From an uncultured delta proteobacterium (GTDB taxonomy: Bacteria > Desulfobacterota > BSN033 > UBA1163), in the NCBI GenBank assembly GCA_963708295.1, contig CAVPSJ010000016.1:1-64000 (forward strand): DNA of 64,000 nucleotides, in the 5' to 3' direction. Below the pieces are notes generated by a model. That model was not told the DNA's origin and made no database searches. It saw only the letters and a list, made by a program, of their open reading frames with translations. Shown here piece after piece: positions 63,565-64,000 of the stretch. The position numbers and the translations under genes were made by a program. The first letter of the stretch is position 1. Each line of letters starts with the position of its first letter.

Positions 63565-63959
63565 ACCGGGATGAGGTCGTTCGAGGCGTTTGTGAGTGTG
63601 TCGCTGCTGTCGTGGATGCGGATCCGTCCAACGTTCACGAAGGCCACCGCATTCTTGAAGATCTTGGAGCCGATTCACTGGACCTGCTTGATCTCGTCTT
63701 TCATCTTGAGCAGAGATTCAAAATTAAAATCTCACCGCGCGATATTGAGCGCCGGGCCCAGAAGGAGCTCGGGAGAATCCCGCTCGAAGTGGACGGAGTA
63801 TATACTCCCGAAGCCATCGAGCAGTTGAGAAGGGCCATGCCCGAGGTGCCGCGGGAAGAACTTTCGGAAGGACTCCGCTCGGCAGATCTTCCAAGAAGCT
63901 TTCGCGTGGCGACCTTCGTTCGTCTGGTCGCCCGTCTCATGGAGGAACAGTATGGATAG
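63561..63959 (+). CDS. Acyl carrier protein, elongated (132 aa)
   Basis: DLGADSLDLLDLVFHLE..F.I.I, with a long insertion before the terminal RVATFVRLV helix. Confidence 0.88.
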   Translation: MNRDEVVRGVCECVAAVVDADPSNVHEGHRILEDLGADSLDLLDLVFHLEQRFKIKISPRDIERRAQKELGRIPLEVDGVYTPEAIEQLRRAMPEVPREELSEGLRSADLPRSFRVATFVRLVARLMEEQYG

Positions 63960-64000
63960 TGTGGCACTGGTGACTGGAGGCAGCGGCGCAGTGGGAGGGG
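63952..64000 (+). CDS. Second SDR/FabG-like reductase, truncated by the window end
   Basis: MDSVALVTGGSGAVGG. Confidence 0.75.
   Translation, partial: MDSVALVTGGSGAVGG

Overview
Bacterial chromosomal window whose gene content and order suggest an anaerobic Deltaproteobacterium/Desulfobacterota (inference). Clustered single-base frameshifts in essential genes (about 1-1.5 kb, 16.6-20 kb, 59.6-61.3 kb) point to an imperfectly polished long-read or MAG assembly. From left to right it contains: a tctBAC transporter; a HAD/nucleoside hydrolase/ribokinase operon; an accessory patch with a MerB-like gene and cassette-like genes next to ligA; a full dcw cluster (mraZ to ftsZ) followed by a B12-type radical SAM gene; a CaiB/BaiF CoA-transferase pair; two divergent Tm-1-like (UPF0261) genes; a sigma54-promoted CsgG-SH3 plus zinc-ribbon operon; cobB; a radical SAM gene and an aldehyde dehydrogenase; a receiver-LpxC fusion; an acyl-CoA dehydrogenase; a rhodanese selenoprotein; a TRAP/DUF362/2-hydroxyacid dehydrogenase block; and the start of a non-canonical FAS-II/type II PKS-like cluster. 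The main features the ORF track misses or splits are: (1) a MerB-like lyase with in-frame UGA codons at both catalytic Cys positions, each followed by a SECIS-like hairpin; (2) a rhodanese lipoprotein with a CxU motif; (3) inverted short-tandem-repeat arrays at most open dcw junctions; (4) degenerate attC-like sites and several MITE/REP families. The receiver-LpxC fusion and the FAS-II cluster (inactive KS partner, long ACP, embedded nitroreductase) are also unusual. All family assignments come from motif recognition by eye; no searches were run.
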